Origin: a virus
Lineage: Duplodnaviria; Caudoviricetes
Length of the DNA stretch: 35,126 bases
Virus record (IMG/VR): IMGVR_UViG_3300048851_000076
Span: 1-35,126 of that record
Reading direction: 5' to 3' (one strand)
Under the pieces are notes generated by a model, which searched no databases, was not told where the DNA came from, and was given only the letters and a program-made list of their open reading frames with translations. The position numbers and the translations under genes were made by a program. Of the stretch, positions 35,044 to 35,126 are shown piece by piece. Position 1 is the stretch's first letter; each line of letters starts with the position of its first letter.

Positions 35044-35076
35044 ATCCTGCGCTCTCACCAACTGAGCTACCCCGCC
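35000..35076 (-). tRNA. tRNA-Met (CAT)
   Basis: GGCGGGG TAGCTCAGTTGGTGAGAGC GCAGGA TT CAT AA CCCTG AGGTC GGCAG TTCAATT CTGCC TCCCGCT A CCA folds as a cloverleaf. Met versus Ile2 not resolved. Confidence 0.92.
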
Positions 35077-35126
35077 ACAGGGACTGCGGAAGTTCCGGCG
35101 TGGCCGGTTCCGCTTTGGTCGTGCGG

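Larger units (their letters stand above)
1..35076. mobile_element. Temperate prophage (podovirus-type virion) adjacent to / integrated at tRNA-Met; left end probably outside the window
   Basis: Ordered modules: integrase, CI/Cro, replication, antiterminator, terminase, portal, capsid, tail/ejection, fibre, lysis. Integrase overlaps the tRNA 3' half. Confidence 0.95.

Overview
The window is almost entirely one temperate prophage of an alphaproteobacterium, probably Rhizobiaceae (judged from DUF982/DUF6894-type genes and promoter motifs). It has a podovirus-type virion: no tape measure, but portal, tail-tube-like and ejection proteins. Right to left it contains: a tRNA-Met(CAT) with a large serine integrase reading into it; a 2.5-kb module with two divergent ribbon-helix-helix regulators; a lambda-like CI/Cro switch; a YdaU-like initiator and a T7 gp4/Twinkle-like primase-helicase; a NusG-family late antiterminator; head, tail and ejection genes; a tail fibre; and a lysis cassette with no recognisable holin. 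Several opposite-strand cargo clusters are interspersed. The left prophage boundary is not visible. The most notable unexplained elements are: (1) a lower-GC three-gene toxin / HTH-antitoxin / DUF6941-like operon resembling a toxin-antitoxin-chaperone system without SecB; (2) a second genetic switch whose promoter is exactly bracketed by perfect 20-bp inverted repeats, inside a module flanked by an 11-bp direct repeat; (3) an integrase whose last codons and stop are encoded antisense by the tRNA; (4) a hairpin-rich non-coding region before the endolysin; (5) a general-stress-type cargo cluster with a possible sigma-region-2 mimic. All family assignments are from motif recognition by eye; no database searches were run.
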